Made by a program: the position numbers and the translations under genes. The notes beneath the pieces are model-generated. The model searched no databases. It was given only the letters and a program-made list of their open reading frames with translations, and was not told where the DNA came from. From contig JYFJ02003605.1 in the NCBI GenBank assembly GCA_000934665.2, positions 1-39,800 on the forward strand: a stretch of DNA of 39,800 nt, read 5' to 3'. Position 1 is the stretch's first letter. Every line of letters begins with the position of its first letter. Positions 35,601 through 39,800 of this stretch are shown here, piece by piece. This stretch comes from Catajapyx aquilonaris (taxonomy: Eukaryota).

Positions 35601-37187
35601 CACTCTAAATTTCAAAGAGTTAATTTATTACTCCTTTTGGGGGTTGATTTGGTTTAACTCACACTTAGTAAGTTCAACACGAAAAAGGGTTATAATATCA
35701 GAGCGTAACGCGTTTTGGGGGTTACATAAACCCTCAAGCTTCAGTTCTGCACTTTAACCATAACTCTTTTGCAGCAGTAGACATAACTGATTTTGAGTAG
35801 GTATCGAAAAACGGGGGGGAAACGCGCAAAAACCCTGTAGACCTGTGCAAAATTTCACTGTTCTATGGGTTCTTTTCCGTTTTGCCCCATTTTAGGTCGC
35901 GAGGAAGGGTTGGGACCTTGAACCGAAAAAATTTCTGCCTGCGGCGGGCCCTGCGCCCCCTCCCCCAGACACAATTTGCGTCCTGGCCCCCCCTAACCTA
36001 AATCCTGGCTACGCCCATGCCTCTTACCAACGACTCCGCCCAAATAAACATTCTTCACAATCTCCTCTTCCTTCATGCCGCTTCATCCTCTCTACATGGC
36101 CAAACCACCTTAGAGTAGACCTACACACCTTATCTTTAACAGTCTCCTTAACATTACACCTCTGCAAAATCTCCTCATTCCTAATCCTATCGATCTTGGT
36201 AACCCCACAAACAGCCCGGAGATAACGCATCTCTGTAGCCAACACCATATTCTTATGCCAATCAGACCAAACCCACGCTTCACTACCATACATAAGTGAA
36301 GGAACAATAACGTGAGAATAGACAGACAACCTACAGGCAGAAGATAAGTCCTTATTTCTAGAAAACTTACTTGTGGCACCTATAACTTATTTAATAATTC
36401 AATTAATATATTGTTCATAAAATAGTATTACTTTACTACACTCTTTCCACTGACAACTGAGTAAATTTCTGTTGCAGCATTGTTAGTATTACAATACTAT
36501 TAGTCTGACTGACATAAATTCTATGACCTCTGTTTCTTGGGGGCAGAAGAGATTTCACCAAATCAATCGGGGTTATTTTAAAAATAATTTAATCTAGTAG
36601 ATACTTGTATGACCTTTTCCTATGTATATCAAGTGCATATTATTGAACATAATAAAATTACAGTATTGTCATATCTGTTGCGCTCTGTCCCGCTGTGGTA
36701 TTTTCTATCTGCCCAGTTTCAGCTGTACAGTAATTGCTGGTGAAGCGGTGGTACCACACAGCTGAATTAATGCACTACGGGATTTCTTTCGCTGAACAAT
36801 GCATATCCAGATTCAAGTGATATCTGATATGTTTTGATGCCAAATTGAAAAGGGGAAGACCACGCAACACAAGCAGTGTCCGTATAGCTTGAAGATCTAG
36901 CCATCAATAATATTCGAATGTACCACTGCTAATCCCCTGACAAAATATTACGTCAACTCGAGACGAGGGGAGTAGTGGGGGATAGGGGAAGGGAGGTGGG
37001 ATGGCGGGAAAAGGGGCTGGCATGCGGAGTGAGAAGAGGAGGTGCGGGGAAGGACATACCTCGTACATACAATCATAAAGGTATTTACAAACTTTGCCTC
37101 TTATAAATATACAAATTCGCACTACTTACCCAGATAAAAAACGGCGATCTTTGGCAGAATTTTAAAGGATGAAATCGGTTCAGGCAT
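25633..37187 (-). CDS. MDP1: Magnesium-dependent phosphatase 1-like HAD protein, catalytically degenerate paralogue, 175 aa
   Basis: complement(join(25633..25810, 34965..35195, 35266..35326, 37130..37187)); GT-AG introns in phases 1/2/2. LPKIAVFYLEGTL..VVPPLH..DVLKELFDKGI..MIYFDNG..GMTMSTLNLALDEY aligns with recalled MDP1 LPKLAVFDLDYTL..VDPPFH..EVLKRLQSLGV..MIFFDDE..GMNLQTLSQGLETF. Confidence 0.85.
26516..26607. repeat. (AT)n microsatellite, ~46 units
   Basis: Uninterrupted alternating AT run. Confidence 0.97.
27512..28015. mobile_element. PIF/Harbinger (Tourist-like) MITE
   Basis: TAA-GGGCCGGTTGCACCAGTCGCGGTATATGG ... CCATATACCGCGACTGGTGCAACCGGCCC-TAA. Confidence 0.92.
28416..28938. mobile_element. 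pogo/Tigger-type MITE
   Basis: TA-CAGTTGAATCCAGATATAAC ... GTTATATCCGGATTCAACAG-TA; internal GTTATAACCG repeats. Confidence 0.85.
29619..30060 (-). mobile_element. Helitron 3' fragment (PIF1-like helicase C-terminus plus CTAG end)
   Basis: Minus-strand AYAMAINNSQG (cf. AxTINKSQG), ISLDEPLFS and THNVAYREV (cf. TxNVVYxEV). A small hairpin GCCAAATTTTGGC is followed by CGGGTACGCTAG|T ending at 29619. Confidence 0.75.
31268..31562 (+). mobile_element. tRNA-derived SINE, family D
   Basis: A box TGGCATAGTGG, B box GGTTCGAATCCC, (ATT)n tail and 14-bp TSD TACTATGCCTCGGA. Confidence 0.9.
31965..32312. mobile_element. hAT-type MITE, left end truncated, in the foldback spacer
   Basis: CCCAACC ... GGTTGGGAACCCCTG with GTACCCC subterminal motifs. 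Confidence 0.6.
33833..34094 (+). mobile_element. tRNA-derived SINE, family B, full length
   Basis: A/B boxes TGGCGGAGTGG and GAGTTCGATCCC; 14-bp TSD ACTGTCATCTGTTG. Confidence 0.9.
34571..34691. repeat. Imperfect inverted repeat (small MITE-like hairpin)
   Basis: GTGGCGGCC-GATGAAT..GCCGTGACCAAAAGGT mirrored by ACCTTTTGGTCACGGC..ATTCATC-GGCCGCCAC. Confidence 0.65.
34965..35195 (-). CDS. MDP1: MDP1-like coding exon 3 (SGHYIEDD...VDVLLK)
   Basis: CCTTTCTCAG acceptor, GTAAGC donor, 231 nt, phase 2/2. Confidence 0.85.
35266..35326 (-). CDS. MDP1: MDP1-like coding exon 2 (EGTLLNHFDIDKVVPPLHIH)
   Basis: TTTCATTTCAG acceptor, GTAAGG donor, 70-nt downstream intron. Confidence 0.85.
36022..36385 (-). 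mobile_element. RTE-clade LINE fragment (C-terminal part of RT ORF)
   Basis: VPSLMYGSEAW...EMRYLRAVCGVTKIDRIRNEEI...LRWFGHVERM is the characteristic RTE post-RT region. Confidence 0.9.
37130..37187 (-). CDS. MDP1: MDP1-like coding exon 1 (MPEPISSFKILPKIAVFYL)
   Basis: ATG at 37187, GTAAGT donor (phase 1); possible acceptor TTCATTCTAG 11 nt upstream of the ATG. Confidence 0.8.
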
Positions 37188-37426
37188 ATCTCTCTTACCT
37201 AGAATGAATAGACTCTGTTACTTTCGCTGTCAAGTGATGTTGTCATTGTTGGTTAGCCTACTTATTTCATACGGCGTACAGTGGGAGAAATTAATGGAGT
37301 ATACAAGTATTGCCGCCTGGCGGAGCTTTTCCTCAACATTAGTGGTTCCCAACCCTTTCGGGTCATGGCCCGCTTTTATGAGAGTCAAGTAACCTGCGAC
37401 TCCCCCTCCCCTCCTCCTCCTCCGAG

Positions 37427-37796
37427 AATTTTTCTAATTTTTTATATTTATTTTACCCCGTGATACAGCTGCAAGCCGTTATAGGGGGTGGCATACCACC
37501 ATCATGTTTTCTAGTGTTTTTGCAACTTTTTCTTAATTCTCCGGTGCAAGGAAACAGGTACATTGGGAAAGGATAGGGATTTTTCGGGGAGGGGACACTT
37601 GTGCAGGTGCAGTGTCTTAAACGCTTGGGCCATGTGCATTCCCCCAGGATGTTAGGTTGCCAGACTCCTCCAAGGTGCAGGTCTGACACCCTACCGACGC
37701 AGGTGGAAGGGAGCACCGCCCAGGCGCAGGCGGGGCCTTCTGGGCCCTTCCACTCAGCAAGCCGAGACGTTACCATCTCGGCCACCACACCTCCCC
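37427..37796 (-). mobile_element. tRNA-derived SINE, family A, inserted in the first tandem unit
   Basis: Reverse complement of the 2228-2595 family; TSD CTCCTCCGAG; absent from unit 2. Confidence 0.88.
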
Positions 37797-38452
37797 CTCC
37801 TCCGAGTATTAGTAGAAGATTAATGAAGTGTAGACATGTGAAAACATATTTTTTTAAAAACCTTCGTGGTAAAATTTCCTATACAATTTAAAATTTTTGC
37901 AAGTACGCGTAAAAATTACCGTGGCACCGCGCGACCCCCCAGAAAAGGCTTTGCAACCCCCAAGAGGTCGCCACCCACAGGTTGGGAACCAAGCTGCTCT
38001 ATACATGAAGCAGCTTCATGTAGAGGAAACGCTCCGCCTGCTTGTGCTTCTCCATTAATTTCCCCCGCACTGTACGTCTGTACGCCGCTGAGTTCAGGAA
38101 TGTAATTACTGAGTACGTTGCTAAACTCAGCGGCCGAATCAGTGACTGTCATGACCGATGAGCTCACCTATTGGCCAATACTTACTGGAAATGACAACGC
38201 TTTTGATCTTTAGCTTCACTTCTCCAAATGAATGACCCACTTGTCAAAGCTAACAACAATCACTGGCCCTACGCCTGGCAACCGACTTGTTTATCTCTGC
38301 TAAGGCAACCCATGAGTTTAATGAGTTACTTATTTCATACGGCGGAGAGTGGGGGAAATTAATGGATAAGCACAAGTATTGCCGCCTATACCGTAGCTTT
38401 TCCTGTACATTAGTGGTGCCCAACCTTTTTCGGGTCGTGACCCCCCTTTTAA

Positions 38453-39080
38453 CACTTAACTACCGACGTGAACCTGCCATACATTGGCTACGACGTGGGG
38501 TATTTTTCTACCCCACGCGGTTTTCATTTTTTAAAAAAATTTGCCTTAATAGCACTAAAGCCATTCTTCCGCGCTAAATTCGGCCTGCATTCTCATCTGT
38601 ATGTGTAAAAAAAATCGATCTCCTGTGACCATTAGTTGAGTCATAAGGGACCTGAGACTCCGTTATCGCACCTTCTTAGCCTTCCAGTTCGATGCCGTAA
38701 GTAATGGCTTATAACGTAAACATTCCCAGCTGCAGCGTCTGCAAGATTTTAATTCCTAGCAATATTTATTGCTGAATATCAACATTCACACTTTATAAAA
38801 TACAATTTTGCTGTGATGCGCTGAGATGTGCTCTCTAAAGAATTATGTACATTGGCTACGACGTGGGGTATATTTCTACCCCACAGGGACGCTTAGCAGC
38901 AGAAAAGTACCGGTAACTCCGGAAAAAATTTCTACTAATGTCAAAAATTTTCTTTGGGTCGAAGAAAGTATGTCTGAGGAATATAGGCCTGCCATTTTTC
39001 ATTTCATACAAAATTTATTAATCGCGATAGTATTATCTACATTGTGGGGTAGAAAAATACCCCACGTTGGTAGTTAAGTG
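38453..39080. mobile_element. piggyBac-type MITE inserted in the second tandem unit
   Basis: TTAA-CACTTAACTACCGACGTG ... CACGTTGGTAGTTAAGTG-TTGA with subterminal GTGGGGTATTTTTCTACCCCAC repeats. Confidence 0.82.
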
Positions 39081-39800
39081 TTGAGAGTCAAGTACCCTGC
39101 GACCCCCCCCCCCGCCCCGCCCCCTCCTCCCCCTCCGAATATTAGTAGAAGATTATTGAAGTGTAGACATAATTATGAAAACAATTTTTAAAAAACACAC
39201 AATTTTTGCAAGTACGCGTATAAATTACAGTGGCACAGAGAGACCCCCAAGAGGTCGCGGCCCACAGGTTGGGAACCACTGCTCTACATGAAGCAGCTTC
39301 ATGTAGAGGAAAAGCTCCGCCTGCTTGTGCTTCTCCATTAATTCCCCCCGCACTGTACGTCTGTACGCCGCTGAGTTCAGCAATGTAATTACTGAGTACG
39401 TTGCTAAACTCAGCGGCCGAATCAGTGACTGTCATGACCAATGAGCTCACCTATTGGCCAATACTTACTGGAAATGACAACGCTTTTGATCTTTAGCTTC
39501 ACTTCTCCAAATGAATGACCCACTTGTCAAAGCTAACAACAATCACTGGCCCTACGCCTGGCAACCGACTTGTTTATCTCTGCTAAGGCAACCCATGAGT
39601 TTAATGAGTTACTTATTTCATACGGCGGTGAGTGGGGGAAATTAATGTATAAGCACAAGTATTGCCGCCTATACCGTAGCTTTTCCTGTACATTAGTGGT
39701 GCCCAGCCCCTGGACACTTCTATCCCAGCGCAATAGAAAAGGCCGATCCGTTATTCCTTCCCGCAGCGGCGCTAGTAAAAACAATGGAATCTCGCTGTGC

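Larger units (their letters stand above)
37259..39705. repeat. Tandem array (2 full + 1 partial units, ~0.65-0.7 kb core) of a Tc1-type palindromic MITE carrying a hAT MITE
   Basis: Units start TACTTATTTCATACGGCG at 37259, 38327 and 39610. ~38003-38422 is nearly identical to ~39285-39705. hAT MITEs at 37340-37996 and 38411-39281 have a CTCTACAT-like 8-bp TSD. Confidence 0.85.

Overview
Eukaryotic, repeat-rich, probably arthropod/insect genomic DNA (inferred from GT-AG introns, tRNA-derived SINEs, many MITEs and a DRE motif). Two convergent spliced genes can be rebuilt by hand with consistent splice phases. (1) On +, a complete mitochondrial glycine carrier SLC25A38 (core exons 11777-20191) with two candidate alternative first coding exons (5934-6053 and 10954/11023-11040). 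(2) On -, a 175-aa paralogue of magnesium-dependent phosphatase 1 (MDP1; exons 37187-37130, 35326-35266, 35195-34965, 25810-25633) with an intact ORF but degenerate HAD catalytic motifs, i.e. a probable pseudophosphatase. The rest is nested transposon debris: DD41D and mariner relics, Sola-like, Helitron and RTE fragments, Tc1/pogo/hAT/piggyBac/Harbinger/Kolobok-type MITEs and four SINE families. The most unusual signals are a tRNA-like cloverleaf on a long stem that overlaps a candidate poison micro-exon in SLC25A38 intron 1, a 3.5-kb foldback in the MDP1-like intron 3, a double-palindrome excision scar, and a nested tandem repeat just upstream of the MDP1-like start. All family assignments come from recalled motifs; no searches were run.
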